A stretch of DNA of 64,000 nucleotides, from NCBI GenBank assembly GCA_964016885.1, contig OZ024741.1:413912001-413976000 (forward strand), read 5' to 3'. The notes beneath the pieces were generated by a model. That model was not told where the DNA came from. It made no database searches and saw only the letters and a program-made list of their open reading frames with translations. This stretch comes from Eledone cirrhosa (Eukaryota). How positions within the stretch are numbered: position 1 is the stretch's first letter; the number at the start of each line of letters is the position of its first letter. A program made the position numbers and the translations under genes. Below are positions 12,200 through 26,529 of the stretch, in pieces.

Positions 12200-12545
12200 T
12201 GTCCTGTCGGGAGTCTTCTACCCTCAGTCGCCCTCTATCACAGGCTGTCCCATGCCAGCTCCTCTGCATCCTCCAAGGTGAGATCAAGCCTCCTGAGATC
12301 TTCCCTGATGACATCCAGCCATCTGGTGTGGGGCCAGTCACAAGGCCTCTTCCAACCTGCAGTTGCTGCGTTGAACAAGAGACGCTGGTTCCTAGTAGGA
12401 TGATCTGGTGGCAGGTAGAAAACATGTCTGTACCAGTGCATGCAGCAGATAGCTATGTGGCAAGAAACTGTGGGCTGATCCATGGGCACATGCAACACTT
12501 TGTTGCAAACGTGGTGGTACCATCTGGTGGTATTGGAAACATGGT
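12200..12545 (-). pseudogene. Old RTE-like C-terminal fragment
   Basis: WYRHV..WKRP..RWLDVIREDLRRL resembles an RTE ORF end. Duplicated at 36000-36345. Confidence 0.65.
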
Positions 12546-12868
12546 GGTGCCATCTGCATTTGATAATAAACCAGTAAAATCTAATGAAAAACAATCATTT
12601 GGAAATTTATTTTTATTTTCAAATAAAAAAATATTTGAGAAAAAAAATGTTTTACAAGTCGTTCCAAAATCTTAGCATTAAAATTAAAATTTCACAGAAA
12701 AATAAAAATAATAATAATAATGTTTCTACTTTTGGCACAAGGCCAGCAATTACCCCTACAGCATTACTGGTACTTTATTTTATCGACCCCGTTATCAGCA
12801 GCAGTTAAGATTTTGACAACTCCATTGAAAAGAGTTAAAATGTAAAAAATATTTTCACAATTTTCATA

Positions 12869-12935
<67 letters not shown>

Positions 12936-13009
12936 CCCCAAAATGATTATCTAAAAATCTTCCATCATAATTTTATATAAGAAATTTTCTTAATACCAGA
13001 TAAACGAGA

Positions 13010-13282
13010 AAATTAGTTATATTACTAATTTAGAAATATAACAAATATAATTTAGTAATATATTACTAAGTTATAAAACTAGTTTAGTAATATAACTAGT
13101 TTAGTAATACATTACTAAACTAGTTATACAACTGGTTTAGTAATATATTACTAAATTAGTTATACAACTGGTTTAGTAATATATTACTAAATTAGTTATA
13201 CAACTAGTTTAGTAATATATTACTAAATTAGTAATATATTACTAAATTAGTAATATTACTAAATTAGTTGTATTACTAAATA
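13010..13282. repeat. AT-rich minisatellite built from the 20-bp palindrome TTTAGTAATATATTACTAAA
   Basis: Palindrome recurs with ~36-bp period. Duplicated at ~36802-37074. Confidence 0.85.
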
Positions 13283-13393
13283 CCTCCAAATTCTTGCTTA
13301 TTTTTGTAATATACTCAAAATCATGTAAAAAGATGGTAACAAAAGGATAAAAGACCATATATTTATATACATATAAATATATATATATATACA

Positions 13394-13425
<32 letters not shown>

Positions 13426-13534
13426 CATATATATATACATACATATATATACACATACATACATATATATACACATACATACATATATATACATACATAT
13501 ACATACATACATATATATACATACATATATAGAC

Positions 13535-13565
<31 letters not shown>

Positions 13566-13569
13566 CATA

Positions 13570-13913
13570 TCATCATCATCATCATTTCATTTTACGTCCG
13601 CTTTTCCCTGCTTGCAAGTGTGGGACTGGAACTGATTCTGGCTTGATTTCTACAGCTGGATACCCTTCCTAATATAACCTCATTTACAGTGAGTGCTGGG
13701 TGCTTTTTTTTTGCCGTGGCACCTCCACGACCACTTTGCAGTGGAATGATATGGACCCCAGTCCCTATCATCTCATTTCTACAGCTGAGTAAACTGGAGC
13801 AATGTGAAATAAAGTGTCTTGCTCAAGGAAACAACACATCACCCGGTCTGAGAATTGAACTCACAACCTTTCGATTGCAAGGCCAATGCTCTAACCACTA
13901 AGCCATGTGCCTC
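13570..13913 (-). mobile_element. tRNA-derived SINE with RTE tail
   Basis: Homologous to 10370-10700 and 62815-63140. Confidence 0.82.
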
Positions 13914-13914
13914 C

Positions 13915-15087
<1,173 letters not shown>

Positions 15088-15210
15088 GGAGGTGAGTTTT
15101 ATTGTAGTACAATAAAGCAATGCAGATATCGGATAAGAAGCACTCTACAGTTTGTAGGACTGGAGTATACATAATATAAGATCAAAAGATGGTTAAAGGA
15201 GTTCCATGTA

Positions 15211-15277
15211 TTTTATTATGCGCATTTCAAAAACAAACATCATCATGCAATAATATTTGTGTTTTCATCAGATAAAA
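15211..15277 (-). ncRNA. Hammerhead motif (family C), sense copy in PLE 3' terminus
   Basis: TTTTAT-CTGATGA-AAACACAAAT..GTTTGTTTTT-GAAA-TGCGCA-TA-ATAAAA. Confidence 0.8.
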
Positions 15278-16112
15278 CAGGAGAACATGATATGAAGGCT
15301 AAAAAACACTTGTGGATAGTGCAGTTTTAAATCAACATATGAAAAGTGGTTTTAGATTGATGTGTGATATTGGGAAAAATATTTTATTTAGAGAGGGGGG
15401 GTGGAAAGTATGAAAAAGGGAAGGAGATGAGAGGGAGAGATGGGTGATAGAGAGAAAGAGATAGTTTTTATAACTGAGAGGAGATATATTGTTTTACATA
15501 GAGAGGTTGAAAACCGTTGGAAGATAATGTATAAATTAAAAATAAAAAAAAATAAATTAATAAAAAAAATAATAAAAAAATAAAAATTTTGAAAATTAAC
15601 GAAGGGAGGATATGTGCGAGGAAAAAATATTTTATTTAGGGAGGGGGGGGTGGAAAGGATGAAAAAAGGGGGAGGAGATGAGAGTGAAGGTGGAGAGGGA
15701 GAGATGGGTGATAGAGAGAAAGAGATAGTTTTTATAACTGAGAAAAAGATATATAGTTTTACATAGAGAGGTTGGGAACCGTTGGAAGATAATGTATAAA
15801 TTAAAGGAATTTGAAAATTAACGAAGGGAATTTATGTATGAATATAGAGAGAAAAAATAATAATTGTGGATGAATATTCTAACGTCAAAAAAAGAAATGT
15901 ATGTTGATAAGATATTGTGGCAATTTCAAAATTAACGAAGAGAAAAATTATTAAGGTTTGTGTGTAGAAGGATTTGAGAAAAATAATGTGGAGTTAAAGT
16001 TTGTATATTGAAGGAATTGATAATATATGCGAATAAAGAGTTAATATGTATTAATAATGAGTTCGTTGATGGGGAAAAAAAAAAAAATAATAAATTAAGG
16101 ATGAAATTGAGA

Positions 16113-18505
16113 TTAAAAAGATTTATGATAGAGAGAAAAAATAATAATGATTGCGAATGAATATTCTAACGTCAAAACAACAAATGTATATGTTATGATT
16201 TTACAAGGTGGAGATAGAATGAGGGTAATGAGTAAACAAGTATTATAGAGTGTATAATGCCCTTTAAAGTAAGGTAGATGGGTATATTTTAAAGAGGTGT
16301 ATGTATATGTGCCTTTGAGAAAAGATTCTAAATTGATAAAGAATTTGTGAAAAGTTCTATGGAATTTATGCAGGCAGATAGAAAACAAATCTGTACGTCT
16401 ATTTATTATAGAATCTAGGTTAGAGATAATGGTAAATTTTTCATTTAGGCAGAGATTACAGATTTTAGATAGAGAGCTGTTCAAGTATGAGGATGCAGAA
16501 GAAATCTTCTTCCAAAAGATGGTATATTTAATGTTTTTGTCTTTTAAGGACCATATGAGTTCTGAGAGAGCAGTGTTGGTTCTTTTAAGTTTGTATTTGA
16601 AAGATGAATGATGATTATAGAGACGAGCTTTAAAAGAGGTGGAAGTGGAGCCAAAATAGGTGAAGGAATTGGTGCTAGTTATAATTTTACATTCATAAAT
16701 TAAGTTTTTATCGAGACAATGGTTGTTGAGAGGACATTTATTTTTAATGCGGCAGTTGCAATTAGAGAGATTATTAATGAGTGACCTAGTGTTATCTATA
16801 GAAGGAATTGGATTGGAGAAGTTGTTTGCGATAGGAATAATAGGAATAATAGTTTCTTGATTTAGAGTTGGATTATGAACATTTAGCGAAGTTGTGTTTG
16901 ACGTTGTATTTGGGTTTACAGAAGTTAGCCTAGGGTTTACAATGACGTCGGGAGTACTATTACTGTTATTATGAAATTCAATATTGGAAGGAAGAGATTT
17001 AGTATTTAGTATTTTATTGTTGTGTTTAGAGATGATGTTGGAAATATTGGAGGATGTAGAATACGAAAATTTGATGGTGTGTTTGTTAAATATTTTACTA
17101 TAGATATGTGAGGGAGGGAAGCATTTATTTAAGGCACTAAAAAATAATTTAGGAATATTGTTATTAATAGAGATGGAGAAAGGAGCATTATACCAGATTA
17201 TGTTTTTGTATCTAGGTCTTTTATTAAAATTATTGGAATGGTCATGATTAATTATTCTACTGTAAGTTTTTCTAGAATTTGTTTCTTTACTATATTTGAT
17301 TTTATCTGGATAGCCGGCTTTAGAAAGTGCGTTATTATAGTAATTGGCGTTAGCATCAAAGATGTTTTTATTAGAAGATATGTTAGATATTCTTTTTCCA
17401 ATATTATTAACTATAGCATTCTTGATATTGGTAGGATGGTTAGATTTAAAGTTAACATAATTTAGGTTCTCATTGTTTTTATGGTAAGGGTAATATAGGC
17501 CAGTGTCAAGATTAAGAGATACATCCAAGAAATTAGCTAGTTTGATACTATTATCAAATTCAATTTTTAGGTTATGTTGGTTAAAGAGATTACGTATATT
17601 GTTCTTAATAATATTAAGGTTAACTATATTGCAATTTAGGATAGTAAAGAGTCCATCGTCACGATAAATTCCACCGCGAAGTTGAGGAATTTTCCGACTC
17701 AAAGAGTTCAAAATGAAGATACCAATTAAATCAGTCAATTAGGATGAATCGGATGCTCCCATTGTGATGTCGAAGTTGTTAGAGGTATCGGCTCTGGTCC
17801 AATATTCGTTGTTGAACTCTAGGATGGTTTTACGTGCGGTGAGGATGATGTGAAGTTCATCTGTGGTGATGTCAGAATATTTAAGTGCGAAAGATAGAGC
17901 ATTATTGAGAAGTGAAGGCGAAATGGAGGAATAGTAGCTGGCAATATCAAATTGAATAAATTTTAGTTTGTTTTTATTATCCAATTTGTTGAACCAGCCA
18001 ATCACTTCAGAAGTACCAAACCATAAATTTAGGTTCAAAGAAGAGCAATTAGAACTAACCTGTGGGATAATTCTATCCAAGATGGCTTTACTAACAACCC
18101 CCAGATCAGATTTAGAGGGGGCGATTAATCTAACAGGTAGTTCAGTGCGAAAATTGTTTTTGTGATCCTTGAGATTTATCCTCGGAGTTCTTGGGAGGAA
18201 TGGTTCGGTCTTTTTTTCAATGCCAAGTTTTGACATAATCTCATAGGCTTCAAGGTTTATGCATTCTAAATTTTCATGGTTGGTTTTACGATACTTTTTC
18301 CTAAGTTCCTTTAGGATAAGGTTGTTATAATTATCCTTGGAAATACCATATAAGTTATTGGTTTTGTCAGAGTGGACTAAAACATTTTTTGAGGAATTTA
18401 GGTTAGAGATTGTGTTCTTGAGATTTACAAGGTGCTCTTGTCCTTTGTAAGGGTATCTCTTGAATTTAAGATTTTTTATTAATTTAGTTAATTCTTCTTC
18501 GAATT
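16113..18505 (-). pseudogene. Naiad-type PLE RT + GIY-YIG ORF interrupted by one TAA
   Basis: SDKT, IQFDIASYY, TMGASDSS*LTDL, IYRDDG, FLD, CNC..CPL..C, IY..TYFGST, CNLC, CLH. ORFs 17739-18620 and 16113-17738 are in frame. The first ~37 aa of the called ORF derive from the inverted repeat. Confidence 0.9.
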
Positions 18506-18654
18506 GTACTTTTTCATCCTTTCCACCCCCACCCCCCTCTCTAAATAAAATATTTTTCCCAATATCACACATCAATCTAAAACCACTTTTCATATGTTGA
18601 TTTAAAACTGCACTATCCACAAGTGTTTTTTAGCCTTCATATCATGTTCTCCTG

Positions 18655-18721
18655 TTTTATCTGATGAAAACACAAATATTATTGCATGATGATGTTTGTT
18701 TTTGAAATGCGCATAATAAAA
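18655..18721 (+). ncRNA. Hammerhead motif (family C), copy in inverted repeat
   Basis: Same motif readable on the plus strand. Confidence 0.8.
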
Positions 18722-18753
18722 TACATGGAACTCCTTTAACCATCTTTTGATCT

Positions 18754-18803
<50 letters not shown>

Positions 18804-18805
<2 letters not shown>

Positions 18806-21800
18806 AAGGCGGGTAAAATTCCCGAGATCCATGGACGAGTTCTCTCCAGCGGTCTCTGTCCCTCATTATCGCTGCCATATCCTGCATCTCCAACAGACCA
18901 GTGTCTGTCCTTAGGGCATCAACATATGTTAACCTTGGTCTTCCTCTTCTAGTGTGTACATGTAGGGGCTCCCAAAGGAGCACTGAGTGCAATGTCAACT
19001 CTGGATGTCGGTGAGCATGTCCAGCCAACCTCAGTCTCCTCTGTGTCACATTTGAGCTGACTTTTGGGATGCTCCCATACAGCTCTGAGTTTTTCATCCT
19101 CAGTGTATACTGATTAATGTTCAGAGCCATCCTCAGCATTCTCGTGTAGCACCCATCCACCATCTGAGTGAGTCTCTTGGTCAGTGTCCAAGTCTCAGAC
19201 CCATACAGCAGCACAGACTCCACTACAGCAATGAAGAGGCGGATTTTCAGGTCTCTACGAAGGTCCGACTTCCACACCGATCTCAAGCTGTGACACGCCG
19301 CCCAGGCCTTGCTCTTCCTCTCAACCACATCATCCTCCGTATTCCCAATCTTTGCTCCCAAATACAGGAAGTCCTCAACCAATTCCAGCGGCTTCCCGCC
19401 TACATTAGTGATCCCCTCTGGCTTCTCAACATTCTCTACCAGATATTTTGTTTTAGTCTCATTCATTCTCAGCCCCACACTCATCGACATAGTCTCAACC
19501 TCCCGCATCAAATCCTCTGCCTCCTTCACTGTATTTGTCACCAAAACTATGTCGTCGGCAAATTCAGCATCCGATACCTTTTTCGCCCCAACTCTCCTGC
19601 TCTGAGCCGGTGCTACAGTAAAGCCAGTGTCCTGGTGTTTCTCCAGTGCAAGGCGCATACAATAGTCCACTACGATGATAAAAAGGTAGGGAGCCAATGT
19701 ATCTCCCTGGAGCACTCCAGCCAGTATCTCAAAGAACTCTGTCATCCTATCAGGTGTAATGACTTGGGCTTTGGTGTTGGTGTAGAGCAGTGATATCAGG
19801 TCCACTATCCTCTTGGGGATTCCATAAGCCTGTAAGATCTTCATCAGGCAGTAACGGTCCACAGAATCAAAGGCCTTCCTAAAGTCAATGAAAACCATGA
19901 CCGCAGGAAGGCACTTTGCTCTAGCTCCCTCTAATATCCTCCTCAGCATCAGGATGTGACTGGTGGTTGATCTTCCATCTCTGAAGCCGTTCTGGTTGTC
20001 CCTGAGCTTCTTCTCCATCTCAGGCTGGATCCTGTTAAGAATCATCCTGTTGAGGGTCTTTGCCACAAGTGATGTCAGTGAGATCCCCCGGTAGTTGTTG
20101 GTGTTAGAGAGATCTCCCTTCTTTGGCACTGGGACGATGTTACTGATCCTCCACTGATTCGGGGCAACTCCTTTCTCCAGTGCCCCGTTACAGAACCCCA
20201 AGATGATATCATCAAAATCACACCTCCTCATCACCTCTGATGCCACTCCATCTTCTCCATGAGCCTTGCCCTCCTTGATCTTCTTCTTGGCTCTCTGAAG
20301 CTCCTCTCTGGTGAAGGGCTCTGTCTCAACATCCAGTTCCTCAAACAGCCGCCTGATCTCCCCAGTGCTCTGGGCTGTGGAGGGTGGCTCTCCTAGTAGG
20401 GTCCTAAAATGGTCTAGCCATTTCTTCTTCCTATCCTCGGGCCCCGTTCCCTGGATCTGACTCGAACACCTTTTCTTCCTCCCTGTGATCTCGTTGATGA
20501 TCATCCAGCTCTCCTTACATCCAGATCTGTCAACCGCTCTCTCCACACTTCTGATCTTCTCTATCAGTGCCTCCTCTCTGACCTCAGTGTAAGCGATACA
20601 GAGCTCTTCCCTCATCACCTCCACAGTCTCCATCCTCTCCTCCGTAGGATCAGCATAGAATTGGTCCCTGGCAGCTTTCAGGTGTTCTCTGGCTGCACAC
20701 ACTTTTGGGTTTGCAGAGCTGACGTGCTTCCCTTTGTTCTTTTTCCTCGGCACCAGGGTTTCACTTGCTTTCGCCACTGCATTGGTGAAGTGCCCGTACC
20801 TCCTCGTCACACTCTCCTCAGTCCATCCAATCTCTCTCTCCTCTGACTCTCCACACAGAGCACTAAACCTGTTTCTCACTTCCACTGTGAACCTCTCCTG
20901 TAGCTTATCATCTTCCTTGAAAGCTCCCCAGTCATAGATTGTTCTCCGGGGCTGAGCCTTGCTCTTTCTTAAGCTCACGCGGACCTCACTCATAACAAGC
21001 CGGTGGTCACTACCCAGTGTACTGAAATAGCTGTATGGTTCCGTGTTCAGAACACTATTCCGCCACTTTTTCCTCACCAGAATGAAATCAATCTGGGACT
21101 TGGACAGGTGCATATCTGAGATGTAGGTCCACATCTTCCCCAGATTCTTCCTAAACCTTAGGTTGGTCGCCATCAAGTTCGCCTCAAGCAGGGTGTCTCT
21201 CAGTAGTCTTCCATTTCGGTTGGTGTTGTTATGGAAGTACCAGCAAGGATCTTCACTGCCCTCCTTACTCAGATGTGCATTGAAGTCCCCCAAAACAAGC
21301 AGGATATTGTGTGCCTGAGTGGTGTTGACAGCTCTACACACCTCCTCATGGAACTCCTCGGCATTCACATCACTGTCCCCCTCGGTTGGACTATAGGCTG
21401 AGATGACTGTCAGTCTTGGGTTTCCATTGAAGGTCACCCTCAACACTCGCGGGGAGATAGGCATTATTTCCATCACCAACAGATTGGTTTTTGCACTGAA
21501 CACAAAACCCACTCCTCCTACTGCAGCATTTGTTGTGTTCTTCACTGCCGATGTAGTGATGAGCTGGCTCTTCCTCCCGATCATCACACTCCTCACGGGC
21601 TCATCGTGTAGAATCCTGTGTTCTTGGATCGCAAGTATCTGTATACCACTCTCCTCGAACAGATGTCCCAACTCCTCTCTCTTCTCCAGCGTTCGAATAG
21701 TCCTCACATTCAAAGTGCCCATTTTGATGGCTCTTCTGCAGGACAAAACTGCATTCTTTATATTTGTCTCAGAGACAGCTGATCCATCATCCACTGGCCC

Positions 21801-21911
21801 TCTCTGTGGCTCTAAGCCAGCAGAGTCATAATGACCAGGCTGCTCCTTGACAGTGTAATTAGGGGCTCTAACCCTAGTGCTGTTAGATCGACTCTCCATA
21901 TTTCTTTTCAA
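18804..21911 (-). CDS. RTE-clade LINE ORF (APE + RT, no PHD), family 4, apparently intact
   Basis: 1035 aa; GTLNVRT, IQEHR, GDFNAH, QIDFIL, SDHR; FIDFRKAFDSV, QGDTLAP, FADD, FLYLG, RLRLAGH. 5' UTR extends to ~22112; (TA)n at both ends. Confidence 0.94.
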
Positions 21912-22107
21912 AGGCTAACAATACCTTACCAGCGCCACTCGAATAAGGTAGTTATTTAACCCATAAATGGAGCCCTAACAGGTACTACCACCCCGGGCCA
22001 GGGCAGACCTGGGAGTCATGACAACTAAGGGGTAACTCCACATTCCCCACATCTCCTGAACTCCCGAACTGGAGCCTTGCCACTGGATGTAGTTTAATGT
22101 CATACCC

Positions 22108-22152
<45 letters not shown>

Positions 22153-22436
22153 AAATAACGAAACGAAATTAAATTTCGTTTCGCTTCTAACTCACTTTTG
22201 TATGACTGACGCTTAAACAATTAAGTTAAAGTGTACATCTACAAATGTATACGGAAGTATTAGTATGCATATCAATACACACATGTATACATATGTACAT
22301 GTACTCAGCTTTTCACTAGACACTTTACAGTGAGTGTCAGCTAGTCTGTATGTAACCACACAGACGGACCGGGTTTTAGAGTCATACGGGTTTTCAAGGA
22401 AACACATTTCCTCTATTCTCCAGAGGGCCAGACAGG

Positions 22437-22481
22437 AATATTGGACTAGTTTCGATGTTATTACATCTCATCAGCAATATT
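22437..22481 (-). ncRNA. Minimal type I hammerhead (family D)
   Basis: AATATTG-CTGATGA-GATG-TAATAA-CATC-GAAA-CTAG-TC-CAATATT; canonical core, GUC site. Confidence 0.92.
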
Positions 22482-22716
22482 TACCCATCTTCCGGCTTCT
22501 CTGGAGAATTGTAAAAGCGTCAGTCATACAAAAGTGAGTTAGAAGCGAAACGAAATTTAATTTCGTTTCGTTATTTGTTTTTATCGTTTCCGCTGAACCG
22601 GTGCGTACAATGACTCACGTTCTATGCAAATTGGTCTACCCACTACTAATTTTCATAGAAAAAGCATATAACGATATGTGCTTTTACAATTCTCCAGAGA
22701 AGCCGGAAGATGGGTA

Positions 22717-22761
22717 AATATTGCTGATGAGATGTAATAACATCGAAACTAGTCTAATATT
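22717..22761 (+). ncRNA. Minimal type I hammerhead (family D)
   Basis: AATATTG-CTGATGA-GATG-TAATAA-CATC-GAAA-CTAG-TC-TAATATT. Confidence 0.92.
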
Positions 22762-22979
22762 CCTGTCTGGCCCTCTGGAGAATAGAGGAAATGTGTTTCC
22801 TTGAAAACCCGTATGACTCTAAAACCCGGTCCGTCTGTGTGGTTACATACAGACTAGCTGACACTCACTGTAAAGTGTCTAGTGAAAAGCTGAGTACATG
22901 TACATATGTATACATGTGTGTATTGATATGCATACTAATACTTCCGTATACATTTGTAGATGTACACTTTAACTTAATT

Positions 22980-23042
<63 letters not shown>

Positions 23043-23159
23043 TCTGGCTCCTCTATGGAAAAAAAAAACAAATTTGCTCCTATACAAGGGGCAGGTCCCA
23101 TTTGTGTCATTATTTACCATTTTTTCCCATTTGTTTTTTTTTTCCATAGAGGAGCCAGA

Positions 23160-23256
<97 letters not shown>

Positions 23257-23258
<2 letters not shown>

Positions 23259-24335
23259 TTCTGGCTCCTCTATGGAAAAAAAAAACAAATGGGAAAAAAT
23301 GGTAAATAATGACACAAATGGGACCTGCCCCTTGTATAGGAGCAAATTTGGGAATAGAATAGAAAGAACTAGGAATAAGGTTACTAGAATAAACTCATGG
23401 TATGATAGCAATAAATACCAGAGTGTAATGTTCATCGATACAACCCCTAGAGGTGAATTAGCTTACAAATTTAGAAGGGCCCTAGATAAACATAAACTCA
23501 ATATTAACATAGTAGAAAGACCAGGTTCCTCCATAAAAACACTTATTAGCAATACATACCCTTTTCAAAGACCTCCCTGTATAGATAAGAAATGTATAAT
23601 CTGTAAATTAAGCCCCCGTATTAACTGTAAAACTAGAAATGTAGTATATAGCATAAGATGTACTGAAGGACAATGTAGAGATAAGAATATAGTGTACATA
23701 GGTGAGACAGCTCGTAGTATAGGGGAACGGATAAATGAACACTGGCGAGAGCTTCAAGCTAGTAAAGACTCATCTGTGCTCTACCAACATGCTAAAATAG
23801 AACATAAGGGTAAATTAGAGAACATAGAAATAAAAATAGAATCTACACACAGAAAAGACACAATGTTTAGACAAATCACAGAGGCAATAAACATAAATGA
23901 ACTCCAACCAAAATTAAATAGAAAACATGAATGGAACAGCAACATCACAACTTACAATTAAGGACAAAATGAAAACACACACGCACATAGAACAAACAAC
24001 CAACCAGTAACATGTAAATAAACAAATATAAACACACACAGACACCCGGATGTAACACATGTGCAAACTAAGCACACAACACACACAAAAACAAGATGGC
24101 GTAGGACAGAACAAAGGAGAGGCACAAAAACAAAGAAAAGAATCCCCAGTCACTGAAGAGGTCACAGAATGTGTGACGAAAGAACTTTGACAATATATAA
24201 ACAATCATCTGGTTGTGGAACCAACCAACCAACCGGAAATTTGTAAATTTATAAATTTATTATAATAAATTGAAGTGAAAGCATCTGGTGCGTGTGTTTC
24301 TTATTGGCAACATGACCCTCCCAAAGTATAACAAT
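23257..24335 (+). mobile_element. 5'-truncated PLE (non-Naiad): Cys-rich linker + GIY-YIG endonuclease (ORF ends 23961) + 3' terminus
   Basis: CIDKKCIIC..NC..NVVYSIRC..YIGETARSIGERINEH..QH..EH..RQITEA..LNRKHEW. Confidence 0.88.
24149..24191 (+). ncRNA. Variant hammerhead (family B) in PLE 3' terminus
   Basis: GTCA-CTGAAGA-G-GTCAC-AGAATGT-GTGAC-GAAA-GAACTT-TGAC; one extra G before stem II, 2-bp stem III. Confidence 0.65.
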
Positions 24336-24435
24336 ATATATATATATATACGTATATATATATGTGTATATATATATATATGTATATATGCATATATATA
24401 TATACGTATATATATGTGTATATATATATATATGC

Positions 24436-24469
<34 letters not shown>

Positions 24470-24526
24470 ACGTATATATGTGTGTGTGTATATATATCTA
24501 TATGCATATATATATATATATATATC

Positions 24527-26157
24527 TAGGGCGGGTAAAATTCCCGAGATCCATGGATGAGTTCTCTCCAGCGGTCTCTGTCCCTCATTATCGCTGCCAT
24601 GTCCTGCGTCTCCAACAGACCAGTGTCTGTCCTTAGGGCATCAACATACTTTAACCTTGGTCTTCTTCTTCCAGTGTGTCCATGTAGGGGCTCCCACAGG
24701 AGCACTGAGTGCAATGTCAACTCTGGATGTTGGTGTGTATGTCCAGCTAACCTCAGTCTCCTCTGTGTCACTTTTGAGCTGACTTTTGGGAGGCTCCCAT
24801 ACAGCTCTGAGTTTTTCATCCTCAGTGTATACTGATTAATGTTCAGAGCCATCCTCAGCAATCCCAGGGAATGGGGCCCGAGGATAGGAAGAGGAAATGG
24901 CTAGACCATTTCAGGACCCTACTAGGAGAGCAACCCTCCACAGCCCAGAGCACTGGGGAGATCAGGCGGCTGTTTGAGGAACTGGATATTGAGACAGAGC
25001 CCTTCACCAGAGAGGAGCTTCAGAGAGCCAAGAAGAGGATCAAGGAGGGCAAGGCTCATGGAGAAGATGGAGTGGCATCAGAGGTGATGAAGAGGTGTGA
25101 TTTTGATGATATCATCCTGGAGTTCTGTAACCAGGCACTGGAGAAAGGAGTTGCCCCGAATCAGTGGAATATCAGTAACATCGTCCCAGTGCCAAAGAAG
25201 GGAGATCTCTCTAACACCAACAACTACAAGGGGATCTCACTGACGTCACTTGTGGCAAAGACCCTCAACAGGATGATTCTTAACAGGATCCAGCCTGAGA
25301 TGGAGAAGAAGCTCAGGGACAACCAGAACGGCTTCAGAGATGGAAGATCAACCACCAGTCACATCCTAATGCTGAGGGGGATATTAGAGGGAGCTAGAGC
25401 AAAGTGCCTTCCTGCGGTCATGGTTTTCATTGACTTTAGTAAGGCCTTTGATTCTGTGAACTGTCACTGCTTGATGAAGATCTTACAGGCTTATGGAATC
25501 CCCAAGAAGATAGTGCACCTGATATCACTGCTCTACACCAACACCAAAGCCCAAGTCATTACACCTGATGGGATGACAGAGTTCTTTGAGATACTGGCTG
25601 GGAGATACATTGGCTCCCTACCTTTTTATCATCGTAGTGGACTATTGTATGTGCCTTGCACTGAAGAAACACTGGCTTTACTGTAGCACCGGCTCAGAGC
25701 AGGAGAGTTCAGGCGAAAAAGGTATCAGATGCTGAATTGGCCGATGACATAGTTTTGGTGACAAATACAGTGAAGGAGGCAGAGGATTTGATGCAGGAGG
25801 TTGAGACTGTGTCGAGTGTGGGGCTGAGAATGAATGAGACTAAAACAAAATATCTGGTAGAGAATGTTGAGAAGCTAGAGGGGATCACTAATGTAAGCGG
25901 GAAGCCGCTAGAATTGGTTGAGGACTTCCTGTATTTGGGAGCAAAGATTGGGAATACGGAAGATGATGTGGTTGAGAGGAAGAGCAAAGCCTGGGCGCCA
26001 TGCCACAGCTTGAGATCGGTGTGGAAGTCAGACCTTCGTAAAGAGCTGAAAATCCGCCTCTTCATTGCTGTAGTGGAGTCTGTGCTGCTGTACGGGTCTG
26101 AGACTTGGACACTGACCAAGAAACTCACTCAGGTGGTGGATGGGTGCTACACGAGAA
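24527..26157. mobile_element. RTE family 4 copy with 5' inversion (3' end on minus 24527-24861; upstream part on plus 24865-26157)
   Basis: The two parts are contiguous in the full ORF (..GCYTR|MLRMAL..); frameshifted. Confidence 0.9.
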
Positions 26158-26197
26158 TATATATATATATATATACGTATATATGTGTGTGTATATA

Positions 26198-26234
<37 letters not shown>

Positions 26235-26243
26235 GTATATATA

Positions 26244-26310
<67 letters not shown>

Positions 26311-26529
26311 AGCAGCGGCTGTTAGGGCAAGACGTGTTTTCTTGGGCTCTGCTAGAGTCAGCAGCAACACACAACCACGTGTTGCTACACACACACAAGA
26401 GGAAAGAGAAAATTTAAAATTTATGAGACCAATAGAGATATGTACATTTATATATTTATATCTAGATATTGCTATTATCATTTACAGTCCCTCTGTGTTT
26501 AATGTATGTTCATTAGTATATGTGTTGTT

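Larger units (their letters stand above)
15085..18762 (-). mobile_element. Penelope-like element (Naiad-type), 5'-truncated, with inverted terminal repeat
   Basis: RT + GIY-YIG ORF; 15170-15408 is inverted at ~18518-18760; (TA)n on both sides. Confidence 0.9.
22148..22984. mobile_element. ORF-less double fold-back mini-element with hammerheads (family D)
   Basis: 22214-22518 = revcomp of 22680-22984; 22148-22214 = revcomp of 22517-22582; (TA)n flanks. Confidence 0.85.

Noticed and set aside
13010-13282. CRISPR-like array
   Set aside because: Spacers are not unique, there are no cas genes, and the context is eukaryotic.
17739-17741. In-frame stop in the Naiad RT as possible selenocysteine recoding
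   Set aside because: The codon is TAA, not TGA, and aligns to Gln (SAQVTD) in the intact element, so it is a simple CAA>TAA mutation. The 827-aa ORF has no internal stop.
21912-22112. HDV-like ribozyme at the RTE 5' end (also considered at 60390-60567)
   Set aside because: The nested double pseudoknot could not be built by eye; a descriptor search is needed.
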